From Octopus vulgaris (lineage: Eukaryota): 64,000 bases of DNA. The first letter of the stretch is position 1. Each line of letters starts with the position of its first letter. The position numbers were made by a program, and so were the translations under genes. Shown here in pieces: positions 13,525-27,824 of the stretch. The DNA lies in NCBI GenBank assembly GCA_951406725.2, contig OX597825.1, forward strand, positions 86,924,001 to 86,988,000, read 5' to 3'. Below the pieces are notes generated by a model that ran no database searches, was not told the origin of the DNA, and saw nothing but the letters and a program-made list of their open reading frames with translations.

Positions 13525-13755
13525 ATCATATATTTAAAAACATGAAGTAGAGGAGTGAACACCAATGAAAGACAACAACTATAACAGCAGCAACAACAAC
13601 AAGAACAAGAACGGCTGAGATAATCCTTTAAAAAATCCGATAAAATGTAATGGAAGCAGAGAGAGATGAGTGAGATGAAGGGAAGAGTTAAGTTTCATAT
13701 CAAAGTTGATGGGAAGTTACAACATGGCGAACGATAAAGCAACAAGAGTAAAGGG

Positions 13756-13942
13756 AACAACAACAAGACCCACCACCACCACCACTACCCCCACCACCAC
13801 CACCACCACCACCACCTACACAACGACGACGACGACCACCACCACCACCGCCACCGCCACCTACACCACCACCACCACCAACAACAACAACAGCAACAGC
13901 AGCAGCAGTAACAACAACAACAACAATAGCAGCAGCAGCAGC

Positions 13943-13994
<52 letters not shown>

Positions 13995-14352
13995 GCAGCA
14001 GCAGCAGCAGCAGCAGCATAAGTTTTGTTATGTTTGCCGTGAATTTAGTCGCTGAAAAAAAGATCAAATCAAAAGTAACAACAACAGCAACAGCAACAAC
14101 AACAACAACAACAAGCGTGCGATTCAAACGTAATAAAAAATATAAAATAGATATAAAAAACAAACAAAACATCATAACTGTTAAAATAACTGAAATAATA
14201 GCAGTACAGTCCCAACACCATCACCACGCCGACGGTGACCACCACTACAACCCTCCCCCTTCGCCCACCACCACAACCACCACCACCACCACTACTACTA
14301 TTACTACTAGTACTGCTGCTGCTACTACTGCAACTCTTACTCTTACTACTCT

Positions 14353-14410
<58 letters not shown>
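13756..14410. repeat. compound trinucleotide microsatellite (ACC/ACG/AAC/AGC/ACT)
   Basis: Consecutive trinucleotide runs that explain ORF 13706-14419. Confidence 0.92.
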
Positions 14411-14759
14411 GTTATATAGGTAAACATGTATTTATGCATTTTAAACAAAGCCAAATGTGATTGTGTTGTTTGTTTGCATTGAAAGACGAAAAAAAAATGA
14501 AAGAAGTCGAGAAATTAATGCATTAGTTTTGCAGAAAGGGGCAATGAGTACAACATATGCTCATACATAGGTGTGTGTGTGTGTGTGTGTGTATTTATGT
14601 AAATTTGTATATATGTATATGGATGATGTATATCTATATACCTGTAAAAGTATGTGCATGTACTAGTTTCATTGTGTATGTATACATATTTACTAATAGA
14701 TGTATGTATGTATGTATATATCATAGAATTAAATTGAATTAGAACAGATGGACGCATTA

Positions 14760-15215
14760 GTATAATTTTACCTAAAACCTCCAAGAAGATAAGGAGATTG
14801 ACAAAGAACATGTCTTCACTTCAGATTAGAAGTTACGAAGGTATCAGGAAGAAAGACTTGTTAGAGATCTAGCTTGTCATTGTTATTTGGGGTCAGTTTT
14901 AATTCATAGTCTTGTTTATTAAATCTTTGTATATCAAAAATCTAAGGCCAAGAAACAAGGAGCAGAGTCTATAGGAAAGGGGCTGAGAGAATCGACAGAA
15001 ATCATAGTGGGTATAGTCATAAAACTGTGACTATACCCACTGTAATGGTTGAATTGTTCAATTAAATGGAGTTGCTTGAAACGATTGTACTGCATTATCT
15101 ATGGATATCCTCTTGCTTATTCTCATTTTAATTTTAATCACCTTATTTTGAAACTGTATGGATAGTAGCGTAGTAATTTCTGGTGCCTCAACTTAAGTAC
15201 CTAATTCATCTGAAT
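14760..15215 (+). mobile_element. decayed Penelope-like 3' end (possible GIY-YIG C-terminus plus terminal repeat)
   Basis: Translates to LFIKSLYIKNLRPRNKEQ at ~14912-14965, resembling ESLxIxxxxPxLNxQ, with KT..KEH-like residues upstream. It is followed by GAAAC GATT GTA CTGC and by sequence homologous to 2060-2200. Confidence 0.4.
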
Positions 15216-15227
15216 CTAAAGTTTTTG

Positions 15228-15262
<35 letters not shown>

Positions 15263-15319
15263 TTTTTTTAATGTCTACTATATATGTATGTTGTATGTAT
15301 GTATATAGCTATGTATCTA

Positions 15320-15387
<68 letters not shown>

Positions 15388-15640
15388 AACCTGTCTATCT
15401 ATCTATATTTATTTATATATATGTATATATATAAGTAGATAAATGAATTATCTTATTACGGATAATTCGAAAGATAACCGATACCTGGGTAGCAAACTCA
15501 CAACAGAAAGAACACGGTTGAAGTTACGACCATAGGGCATATACTCCGTGCCTTAGTGCTGAAATTTGAAGTTAAATTTAATATTATAAGTATAGGAAAG
15601 AATGGAGCTGAGCGAAGATTTAACAAAATTCCTTTATTTT

Positions 15641-15726
15641 ATTTTCGACATATGTTTCGAAGTCTGCAAAATTCCTAATTCCGAATGAATAAGGGGTCCA
15701 TTATGCAGCTTTCTCTTCAGGAAAAT
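15641..15726 (-). ncRNA. type I hammerhead ribozyme motif (antisense arm)
   Basis: Reverse complement of the 15948-16033 motif. Confidence 0.8.
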
Positions 15727-15947
15727 CCAGGAACTTCTTGTATATATGTATATGGATGATGTATATATCTATATACCTGTAAAAGTATGTGCATGTACGA
15801 GTGTCATTGTGTATGTATACATATTTACTAATAGATGTATGTATGTATGTATGTATGTATGTATGTATGTATGTATGTATGTATGTATGTATGTATAAGC
15901 AAGAGGATATCCACAGATAATGCAGTACAATCGTTTCAAGCAACTGG

Positions 15948-16033
15948 ATTTTCCTGAAGAGAAAGCTGCGTAATGGACCCCTTATTCATTCGGAATTAGG
16001 AATTTTGCAGACTTCGAAACATATGTCGAAAAT
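15948..16033 (+). ncRNA. type I hammerhead ribozyme motif
   Basis: ATTTTC CTGAAGA G [aag-ctgc..gcag-actt] C GAAAC ATAT GTC GAAAAT, with a 6 bp stem I, palindromic stem III and GUC triplet. Confidence 0.85.
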
Positions 16034-16084
16034 AAAATAAAGGAATTTTGTTAAATCTTCGCTCAGCTCCATTCTTTCCTATAC

Positions 16085-16150
<66 letters not shown>

Positions 16151-17083
16151 TATATAAATCGAACAAATTTAAGTATTACTCATTAAAATATAAATCAAAC
16201 TAATATATTAGAAAAATCAAAAAATACGGAATTCAATTAGGAGAATAATAACGAGATATAAATATATATGTGAACATCTGAAGATCGTGTACAATGATAT
16301 TCACATCGAACGGCTTCATTCAATATTATTAGAGTCAAGTTAGATATCAAACTAATAGACTATATCGTTGGCTTGTATATACCAGACACGCTAAGATATT
16401 TGCCATACCAAATATCAAATTAAGTATTGAGTTGGATGTATGATCACACAGCAATAAACACACAGAGGGAAACGTTGGAAAGGTTTTATAAATATCGTAA
16501 AATATTCCGACCTTTAATGCTAACTTGAATATCATTTAATTCTTAGACAGCATCGTAAATTTATTCGCAGAGAAATACAAACGAAGTAGCAAATCAACGA
16601 AAAAGTGTACCAAATATTAATATCAACTACGGTCACCTCATCAACGCAGTTTCTATATACCTGATAAGTAAAATACAGAGGAAGGTTCTTCAATAAACTT
16701 TCAAAGAAAGAAAGACATTAATATAGTAAGGTTCTGATAATTGGTGACTCTAAAAATAACTGATGCTACTAACTTCATGCTTTTAAATACGTGGAGTGGA
16801 CTATTTTTATATCGTCAGAAGGTTCTCTGCATATTTGTTACGTAGATATGGAACCATGCGTTGAAACGTAATTTAAATTATGCATTAAATACATCAGTCT
16901 CTCTCTATCTGTGTGCGTGTGTGTGCATGTATATATATATATATATAGAGAGAGAGATACATAGATAGATATATACATGTATATATATGTACACATATAT
17001 ATATACATATATACATATATACATGTATATATATATGTACATATATATATATGTATATATATATATGTATATATATGTATATA

Positions 17084-17168
<85 letters not shown>

Positions 17169-17362
17169 TATAAAATAAATCGTATGAGACTCCAGACCTT
17201 GAGATCTCAAATAGTCATATGTTACTCAGTCACACCCACCGGACTATTAACATATTTACCGATCCATGGATTTCAAGATTTCCTGAAATATATAATTTAT
17301 CGAAATTTAACGAACTGTTGAATCTCAAAATAACATCAGCCGAATAATGAATTTATCTCTCC

Positions 17363-17364
<2 letters not shown>

Positions 17365-17403
<39 letters not shown>

Positions 17404-17498
17404 ACACACACACTCTCTCTCTCTCTTTTACACACACACACTCTCCTTCCTTCCATCCATCCATCCATCCATCCATCCATCTATCTATCTATCTATCC

Positions 17499-17578
<80 letters not shown>

Positions 17579-17592
17579 ATCTAAACTATTTT

Positions 17593-17680
<88 letters not shown>
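17365..17680. repeat. compound (CT)n/(CA)n/(CCAT)n/(CTAT)n microsatellite
   Basis: Read directly. Confidence 0.93.
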
Positions 17681-17681
<1 letters not shown>

Positions 17682-19910
17682 TCCTCCTCTCTCTGTCACT
17701 ATCTACCTATCTATCTCGTCATAATATTCAAGCTACAAAATCTAATAACGATTTTTCTCTTTCAATTCCCTCAACTCTGTTCTCCTCCACTAACAGAAGC
17801 CACGGTCCCAATTGTGTATTTCATGTTAACAAACCGTTAAACAAACCTAAAGCGGAAACCTCGCTCATCTGGAGATTATTATTTCATTTCAGCTGTTTCA
17901 TCTCAGCTTCTTGGATTCTGCAATGTTCAGATTATATTAGATTCAATGAACCATTTTCTCAAGTAGAAATTAGGATTCATCTTTGATTTATCATGGATTT
18001 ACTCTGTTTAATCTGTTTAAGCCCCGTGAGAAAGTATTCACATTAGAAAGAAGAAAGTATCGAACGATTTCATTTTATATATTTATTAATTTTTAGAATT
18101 CAATTTATTATTTTGATGGATTTTCATGGGAAATAAAGTGCGACGTGTCAACTGCAAATATTTTACAGGAATTTCAAACGAAAACACTTGAATATCGACA
18201 GAATGCGAGAATGTGGAGACCGTGTATGAAATAACAATAGAAGTGGATTTGGGTTGTAAAAGCAGTTTCGTTGTAGGAATCAATTCTCAACTACATAATT
18301 GTTAATAGTCACACCACAAATCGTATGACAATAAATATTCATGGAGTTGAACCGTGCCTCATGGAAATCGTTTTCTCATGGAAAACCCTAAAACACTCAC
18401 CTAGAGTTTGTTGGTCATCCATTGCAAACTATTAAGCGGTCTTTACTAAATCAGGGTAAGTTTGATTAATGCCGTTTAAATCAACCATCCATCTCTACAT
18501 TGCTTTTCTCATCCAACAATACTGAGTTGCCCCTTTCGAGCTGTGCATCGGGTGAGTTCCGTCTCCGTCCCAAATACTTAGAAATGCGTGGAACAGTTCG
18601 TCAAGTGATTTGTGCCTTGAGTATTGGACAAACACCAGTAATGTAACAGGAACCACAGACCATTTGCTTCGTAATCTGGCGCCCTATCAACTTCGCTGAG
18701 TTTTCTATACGAAGATGCTTTCAATGAAAATAAATAATACTGAAGTTTCTTGTTTTTGAAATATAGAGATATGGCGTTATCATCAAATTGGAATTCATGA
18801 TAAATTTAATGAGATAAATCCAGTTGAATCCAGTTGGTCTACAAATGAATCTCTTTTGTCTAACAATCATTCCATTTTTCAAAGACGGCGGGTGTCAGTT
18901 CTGATACTTACGTCAAGACGATAAAAAACAGGTGAAACGCTGTAGGTAATCCAGAAAAGTTAATTAAGGAATTAGAGCCAGGAAAGAACTAAACCTGTTG
19001 GTCTATAGTTTCAGTCGCCTTTATATCGACTTCTCCCACTTTTCTATTAAGACACAAAGACAGACACTGAGAAGGCAAGAAGAAATCGCCAATCAGATTC
19101 TTGAGGCTTGCTCAAGGATATCACTACTGGGGTAGATCAGCAGATATGCAGTTTACACCCGGTGAAACAAATCTCGGTTACGATCCGCACTTGATATAAT
19201 TTATCTAACAACGGTACTTATGGCCACCACCACAGAATGGGAAGTTAATTCAGGTAGAATTTGAAGTGAGAACACAAAAAAGCCAATAGATAGATAGCAT
19301 TTAGTTTGGATTTCTAATCCGCTCGTCATTTAATCACTATTTTCTGGTTTGTTTTACAACAGCGATAGACTGCCAATTTGTAATTAATTGATTTCAGTTA
19401 ATTTAGTTTCATGGTAGTCAGTTATTAAGACAGATATCTTAGTTCAGTCGATATGAACAAGTTATGGAATTAGTTCCAATTTCCAAATATATTCAGTTCA
19501 AAATGGATGAAATTATTTTCAGCGATTCACCAATTCCATCAGCAGAATTTCTGCCAGTGAACCTATTCTCTATTCATTTGTGGTTCGAAATGCTGAGGTT
19601 CTTCTCAACAACCTTCCCTATCTCTCTGCTACCCATTTCACACTTGTACACACATATGATATAAACTTGTACTTACATAAACACACATACACACGCATAC
19701 ACATGCAGTTACAAGTGTTTGTATATTTGTCATTAGATTTGGTATTTATACTATTACAGTATTATAGACATCATTAGCCTTCTGATCAACGCTGTTTTAG
19801 GTTATCATCGAATTCGAGTGTAAAAAGGATTGAGAAGATAGGCTGTAATGGATCTATTAGACTGTACACACACACACACACAAACTTATATATGTATATA
19901 TATATATTGT

Positions 19911-20718
19911 ATGGAAAAATGCGAGCATAGGAAATAATATTCTTAAAATTATAAACCTAGAAAATTACAGGACAAGTTATTACACTTGGAAAAGTTCAGG
20001 ACAACTTATTACATCTGGTAAAGTTTAGAACAAGAAAATTATTTCTTAAAATATTGCAGCTAAGGATAAAATTTTTAAATAAAATATTTAGATTTAGAAA
20101 ACATTAGCTTTTATTAAAACTAAAAAATTTATTACAAGTTATTGCTTCTATTTGTTACTTCTATTAAAAAAAACTCAATTAAAAATATTTTTTGTACTTT
20201 AAAAAATAATTTTTAAATTATTAATTGATAATTAGAAATTTGAAAATAGGTTAAAAAAATAATAGTAGTACATAATTAGTTAATACAATAAATAGAATAA
20301 TTTAAAAAATTGTTATATATTACTGTAAAATCTACCTAAAACCACCAATTCACAGTAAAAGTTGCTTGAGTTATTGCCTAAGTTATTGCCAAGTCTTCAC
20401 ATTTTTAGTCTTGACCCAATGCCTATTTTTTACATAATGAATTTGCCTACCATACATACTAGTTTATTTTGCATAAGACTTTAGCTATATTGGTACTTCT
20501 GACACTCATTTTTAAAGTATTCTAGTGTTACTTTGTAAATAATTTTTAATATTTACATTTTATTCTTAGCTGCAATATTTTAAGTAAACCTTTTCTTGTT
20601 CTGTACTTTAGCAGATGTAATGAGTTGTCCTAAATTTTTCCAAGTGTAATAACTTGTTCTGTAATTTTCCAGGTTTATAATCTGAAGAATATTATTTCTC
20701 TTGCTCGCATTTTTCCAT
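19911..20718. mobile_element. MITE-like element with ~160 bp imperfect terminal inverted repeats
   Basis: atggaaaaatgcgagca...gcagctaaggataaaa (19911-20071) vs ttttattcttagctgc...tgctcgcatttttccat (~20557-20718), with an AT-rich interior. No clear TSD. Confidence 0.8.
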
Positions 20719-21505
20719 GTAATCCATGTTTTCCCCAGGCTTTGTTGTTATGCTTATCAAAACTGTGTCAAATGTGTCAATTAGCGGTGTCGTTGATAAC
20801 TTTTTTCTTACTTTTTTTAATGCCGGTGACATATATTAAAAGTCCCCATTATAGAACTATATTCATAAAAAGTAGAGAACTATATTATCGCTGTCAAATT
20901 TGAGAAACAAACACTCTTTAACTTTTTTTTTTCAAAACTTCATTGCGTGAGATTGATACCACGAAATCCCTCGAATTGAGCTTAATTTAAATACAGTTTG
21001 TTTTTAAAATAAAAAAAGTTAATTATATTTAAATCCAATTTTGTTGTATGGGGCCAAAACGATGAAATTCTTCATGCTTTCTTCTATCATTGAAGCTAAG
21101 ATCAATATACTTTGCTTTTAAAATGAAAAAGTTATTTAGATCTACACTTGATTGGTGATATTACTTACTCTCCTATAACGTTGCTACAAATTTTGATGTA
21201 AACCTTTTTCTACTGGATCATATCTCAAATTTTTTGTTTATACCAAAATGTAGCTAGGGACCAGTCCTCTTCAACAATGTTAACAGTTTTCAATTTGGTT
21301 AAGAACTGATCTAGCGATAAACTCTGAAAGATGCTGCGTGTAAGCAAATTGCAGCCTTAAGAATATCATCCAGTCGTCGCCAAAAGACATTCCAAACGTG
21401 ATCATCTCGTCGTTTGTCTTACATGCACATTATTATCAAAATAGTTTTTATTTAAAGGAGTGGTTTGTGAGATTTTCTCTGCTACTATTGTCTGTCTGTC
21501 TCTCA

Positions 21506-21637
<132 letters not shown>

Positions 21638-22178
21638 CAGAACAGGATCTAATGAGGGAATTAACTTTAGATTATATATAGAACATACGTGTGGATGTAG
21701 TCTTTAGATCTCTTATCAAAATGCAACGATGGAAGTATAGTTCAATTCTTAGAACGGTATTAAATGGCGATCCAACAACATGTATGGAATCAGGCGTTTC
21801 TTCTGAGTCAATAAACGGAGAAAAATGAGAGAAAGAACGAAAGAGAGAGGGAGAGTGAGGGAGGAAGAGGAAGAGAAGGGAAGGAGGGTTATTGAACGAC
21901 AGAAAGATGAGATGGACGAGAGAGAGCGACTGGGACAGAGACAGAAGTGATAGTGAATGAGATGGAAGGGAAAATAATCGGGTACGACAATATACACACA
22001 TACATGTATATATGTATATATATATATATATACACAAACACGCACATGCACACACACATACATGTATGTATGTGTGTATGTGTGTGTGTGTGTGTGTGTG
22101 TGTACATACCGAGAGACCCACTACGAAATGAGTATATATATATATATATTTTTAAGTAGATTTATGCAGAAAGGGGGT

Positions 22179-22227
<49 letters not shown>

Positions 22228-23849
22228 AAGAAAGAAAGAGAGAAAGAGAAAGAGAGAAAGAAAGAAAGAAAGAGAGAGAGGGAGAGAAGGATTTGGTTGA
22301 AATGGAGATACAAAGAAGACAACTGTCTGGACGTAAGAATGAGAAGGTTGAATGAAAGAAGGCGATGTGATTGGTTAAGAAAATGAACGTGACTTCATCG
22401 GAGTTTTCTTACGTAGGAAGATAAAAGTCTTCTAATTTCGTATTAGATAAAGAAATAGGAAAGGAAATGCAGCAGCGACAGAAAAGAAAACAAAAGGAAA
22501 AAAAAAAAACACGAAAAATTGCAAATAAAACAAGAAGGACAAGAAAGAAAGGAAGAAAGAAAGGTGTAAGGAAGCAAAGTGAAAGGGGTTTGATGTTTAT
22601 CAGTAAATACATATTTCTTGAAGGTAAAATTGGTCGTTGATGTTGAGGATATGAGGACGGAACATCGGTAAAAAAAGAAGGCAATTGGATGGTTTTAATG
22701 ATAAGAACTATATTCGATTGATTGATATCTTTGTTATCGCTGGCGGCTCATGGCTCACTTCTCCCTCTTTGCTCCCTGTCATGGATCGTATACAGGAGGA
22801 GTGAGGGAAACGATGAAGCAAACAGTAAGAAGAAGAAGAGGAATAAGAAAAAGAAGATGGAGAAGAAGAAGAAGAAGAACAACAACAACAACAATGACTT
22901 CTATAGCAACTAAAATAACAACAGTACCACAACCACCACCACCATCATCACCACCAACGCCACCACCACCACCACCACCACAAACAGCAGCAACTGTACT
23001 GAGGAGAATACCATGAGTGACTACAACGACCGAGACGAGGATGGCGATATATCACTAAAAGAAGGCCCCTCCCCTCTAAACGAAAGGTAAACCAAGAAGA
23101 AAAAAAATTACAGTAAAACAAAACAAAAACGAAATAAAAAAATATTTGCACACAAATGAATAACGAAACGGGGAAAAACCTGATCGTGGCCCTACAAATG
23201 GTATATACATGCATATACATACATTATACATACACACACATGCGCGTGCACGCACACACATGAATACAGATGTGTGTGTGTGTACGCGTACATAGAGACT
23301 TATGAATTTTGTATAAATATTTCTTTGATAAGAAAAGCTGAAGGGTAAACCAGAACTAATCTGAAATGCTCGGAAGATCTTTATGTTATTAGCATTTCAA
23401 GAAAACATGACTCATTATAAACCTGTTTTCTCGTGTCCCTCAGCCGTTCTCTACAACATACATACATACATTCATACATATACGTGCATATACATACCTG
23501 TATACATACACATACATGTATATATTATTAGTTTTAACTTCAGTCATTCGATTGAATGTTGTGATAACGACGACGACAGCAACAACCAACAAAGAATCAT
23601 AAAAATACACGACTGGTTTTCTTTCATTTTACAAAATAACAAAATGGATCCGCGATTCTTCTATTTTCATTCAAAAGATCTTTTTTAACCATTTTTCTCT
23701 TTTATTATCTCTTTTGTCTTTTACTTTAATATTCTTCTTTCTTAACTTTGTTGTTGTTGTTTTACTGACATATCGCTCTTTTCCTTTCTTTCTTTCTTCC
23801 ATATTTCCTTTCTTTCTTTCTTTCTTTTTTGTTTCATACTTTCTTCCAT

Positions 23850-24140
<291 letters not shown>

Positions 24141-25750
24141 TATTCTATTCTGTTCTATAAGTTCACACATTTATTCTCCTCTACCGTTTCCTTTCTTTTC
24201 TCTTCCCTGTGTTAATTAATTTTCGTGTCCTTTCAACCCCAACCCTTCACACATCTCCTCCCTTCTTGTCCTCCATCTTTTGTCTTCACCTAAATATTCT
24301 AGATATTTCTTTACACTACACTCTCTTATTTTTCGCTCTTTCATTCTCTTTTCTCTTTCCTTTGTTACTTTATGTCCTCTTTCATTCGCCATTTCTTTTT
24401 TTCTTCTTTGTTTTTTCTTCCTTTTTTGTTCTTTGTGTTATGGATTCTCAGTTTTTAATTTATTAGAAAAAGAGGGAGCCATTTTACATTGGTAAAGAGA
24501 TATCCAGTTTAAAGGGAAGCTGAAAGGGAATCTGATTACTAACACATTGATTACTAATGACGTATAGCGTAACATAAAACCTGTTGAGGCGATTTCATCA
24601 AATAGGTGTCGTTGATTATCTCCCTTCCCTAAATCCTCTCTCATCAGGCAGACATATTGTGAAAATATATTCCAGGAATCATCGTTCCGACTTTTTCTTT
24701 TTCACACCTTTTCGAAACTAGTAAATCCAGGAGTCCATTTTCTCATGCATCCTTTGAAAACGGTAGTGTGTAGTTTGAGTGGGATTTGACTGTCTTTCTA
24801 AGCTTCTTCATCACCATAAAACGTTCCATTTCGGGGAAGCTTAGTTATAGCAATACTGCGGTACAAATGTCGTTGATAGGAACAAATTTAAAGGCCGGAC
24901 ACCAGTAGATTATATCAATCAAAGTATTTGATTGGTGCTTTGTGTTATTAACTCCTACAGGTGTGCAGATTACCTCGAGAAGGCGGTGGCGAGAGAAAGA
25001 TCTTACATGACCGAGACATGAAAAAGCCGAAAAAGGTTGAAAATTCTCACTACACGGGTTGAAAAGAGCTGAATATATTAAAGGCAGAATTTGTGTTTTT
25101 ACAATAGAGACAGTAAATCGTAACGTGTGTGTGTGTGCGTGTTTGTTTGGATGTGTGGATGATGTATGTTTCTGTTTGTCCTTGCGTATGTGTGTTTGAA
25201 TGTGTGTGTATTTGAGTCTATGGAAGTGTGTGTGTGTGTGCATGTGTGTGTGTGTGTTTGTGTGTGATTGTGTATGAGCACCCTTCTGAAGTTTTTAATA
25301 TTTGAGTATATCAAGAAATATGACATGGCTTTAGGGAGGTTAACAATTTTGTCTGTGGTGGGTCTGGAGGGAGGGGTCGAGTCGGTGGCCTTCGCAGACC
25401 CTCCGAAACCAGTATCTCGATGCGATGATTGTTGCTCTTAGACCCTTGAATACTTGCTGGAAAAGATTTCGACATGGGAAGGGAGGGGGTCTCCTGATAT
25501 ATTGACTATAGCGTTCTGATGCAGGGCCTGCGGGGTTGGGTCGGAGGAGGCAAGAAGAGGCATTGAGATGAGTGGGTGGAGGAATAGTTGGCTGGAGGTG
25601 GTATGATCTCAGCTGCACTGAAAAGAGTAGCGGCCATTATTGTAGCTGTAGAGAAGTGAAGATGGCACAGTGCACGTGTGTGCCACTTTATTTTAACCAG
25701 GGTGTAATCATAAATTTGTTAGTGGCAGTGTTAGCGTGTATATATATGTA

Positions 25751-25799
<49 letters not shown>

Positions 25800-25839
25800 A
25801 AATATATATATTTATATATCAATAATATAGTCACTGTGA

Positions 25840-25914
<75 letters not shown>

Positions 25915-26012
25915 CGGGAAGCTTTATGAAAATAAACAAAAGACGAAGGCAGGTGGAAAACAAACGAACAATTGTATTAGTATGGCGCTCAGGAAATATA
26001 AATAAAACAAGT

Positions 26013-26048
26013 CTTTAACGTTTCGAGCCTACGCTCTTCAACAGAAAG
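26013..26048 (-). ncRNA. minimal hammerhead-like motif with variant core CUGUUGA (family A)
   Basis: Reverse complement reads CTTT CTGTTGA A GAGC GTAG GCTC GAAAC GTT AAAG. Confidence 0.7.
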
Positions 26049-26152
26049 ATACACAGAGAGAGAAAAACACAGAAAGAAGGAGAGAAAAAAATGCGTGCAG
26101 TAGCTAACGAATCAACATGGCGATCTGATTTCGGCCAGAGGTCAAAGATCAA

Positions 26153-26187
<35 letters not shown>

Positions 26188-26420
26188 AATTTATATATAA
26201 ATTTAAAAAATAAGGGTGAAACATTAAATATTAATTTGATTAATATCAATTTAAAATCAGTGGCCTAGCATATTGAAAAAATCTGAAGGTTCAGAAAAAT
26301 TATATTACATGCATATAAGCGTTTGCTGAATTTTCTTGAAAACAATCTTTTCTGAGTGGTCAGACCATATGGGGTCTACATCTAGGATATTGGATGTCGA
26401 TTTAGTGTTCATCCCTCTTA

Positions 26421-26481
<61 letters not shown>

Positions 26482-26783
26482 TTAGAGACAAAACCACTAT
26501 TATGCAAATCAAACAAAGAAAGACTTAATCCAATACATAAAAAATTTTATATAAATTAAATATAATTAAGATATCCACTACGATCGTTTCTTGTCACTTC
26601 TATGGACATTCATCAGGTGGTTTCAAGACCTTCTTTGCAAGTTATGTATTGGATTAAGTCTTTCTTTGTTTGATTTGCATAATAGTGGTTTTGTCTCTAA
26701 GTAATATTATATTATATTTTACTATAAAATTGGATTCAATCCTTAATCTGATTTTTCCCTGTAAATTTGGATTTATTCCTTAA

Positions 26784-26790
<7 letters not shown>
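26482..26790. mobile_element. fold-back element with 59 bp perfect arms (26482-26540 / 26642-26700) plus tail
   Basis: Exact reverse-complement arms. The tail is homologous to 35851-35965. Confidence 0.88.
26575..26620 (-). ncRNA. compact type I hammerhead ribozyme motif
   Basis: Reverse complement reads CCAC CTGATGA A TGTC CATAGAAGT GACA A GAAAC GATC GTA GTGG. Confidence 0.85.
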
Positions 26791-26821
<31 letters not shown>

Positions 26822-26940
26822 TATACCGGAGTAAACACATGAATGTGAAACAAAGTGGAAAAAAGAGTACTCAAATACAAGGGGTAGAGTAATATGCTTT
26901 AAGCTTTTAAAGAAAGTATATATATATATATATATATATA

Positions 26941-27579
26941 AAATAAATATAAGAGAGTGTTCACTATATTGATCACTCTAGCACCAGTTAATCCAAGAGG
27001 TTTCAACCACGAAAAATACATGTTTCCCATGAAAGCCGGTACGACTGTTAGCTCACACGGACAGGGCAAATAAAAGATAACAAAAATACAGATTATTTTG
27101 GGACAATTGTTTCGCTATTAATGAATTAAATGTAATATTACTTACAGTAATCCATTTGTAGCTCTTCAGCCAAGACTATCTGGATGAAATCCACTCAATC
27201 ACACGCCAGATTTTACCATAACGATAAAAACGCGTGCGGTTCAATTGATTACATCGGACGTTATAATTCAAATGCCCCAACCAACAGCGCGCCAAACTCT
27301 CACGGAAAACAAATACAGCATTTAGAAATAAATGCAGCATAATTATAATTAATTAATAAGGGTGAGAGAATTAGATACTAATTTAATAGTATATTTATTC
27401 CACACCAAGTGGCCTAGTGCTACGAGAAACCTGGATTATTATAATATTTTATAACATATTATAATATTTTCACAAAATAAATATAAGAGAGTGTTCACTA
27501 TATTGATCACTCTAGCACCGTGGAATAAATATACTATTAAATTAGTATCTAATTCTCTCACCCTTATTAATTAATTATA
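26941..27579 (-). mobile_element. Penelope-like non-coding element, ~534 bp period with a 60 bp inverted tail
   Basis: 45 bp direct repeat 26941-26985 / 27475-27519. 27520-27579 is the reverse complement of 27344-27403. (TA)n lies on both sides. Confidence 0.82.
27098..27173 (-). ncRNA. type I hammerhead ribozyme motif
   Basis: Reverse complement reads TTGG CTGAAGA GCTA...TAGC GAAAC AATT GTC CCAA. Confidence 0.85.
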
Positions 27580-27667
27580 TATATATATATATATGTTTAC
27601 ATACACACACACATATATATATATATATATAATATAAATAACATTTATATATACATATGTAAACTCA

Positions 27668-27794
27668 CTCACAAATCTTTGGTCCGCCCGAGGCTATATT
27701 TGAAGTCACTTGTCCAAGGTGCTACGCAGTGGGACTGAACCCGGAACCATGTGGTTGGGAAGCAAGCTACCTACCACAGAACCACTCCTGTGCC
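27668..27794 (-). mobile_element. 5' head of octopus-type tRNA-derived SINE
   Basis: Reverse complement ggcacaggagtggttctgtggtaggtagcttgcttcccaaccacatggttccgggttcagtccc matches the 56178 copy. Confidence 0.8.
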
Positions 27795-27824
27795 TATATA
27801 TAATATAATTATATTAAAGGGGAC

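Larger units (their letters stand above)
15581..16093. mobile_element. fold-back element, ~150 bp near-perfect arms with an HHR in each
   Basis: 15581-15730 vs 15944-16093 are reverse complements (one mismatch seen). (TA)n lies on the right. Confidence 0.92.

Noticed and set aside
13706-14419. 237 aa Thr/Asn/Ser-rich mucin-like ORF
   Set aside because: It is open only because it is built from stop-free trinucleotide repeats, and there is no splice or domain support.
15005-15042. Short hairpin agtgggtatagtca/tgactatacccact as a terminator or miRNA
   Set aside because: It lies inside a decayed Penelope-like fragment, is too short for a pre-miRNA, and intrinsic terminators do not apply in this context.
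16277-16320. CTGAAGA followed by cgaac as another HHR
   Set aside because: There is no GAAA box, NUH triplet or stem I pairing.
20720-21360. Possible DNA-transposon end finishing in ccTTAA (Kolobok/piggyBac-like)
   Set aside because: No matching opposite end or coding evidence was found.
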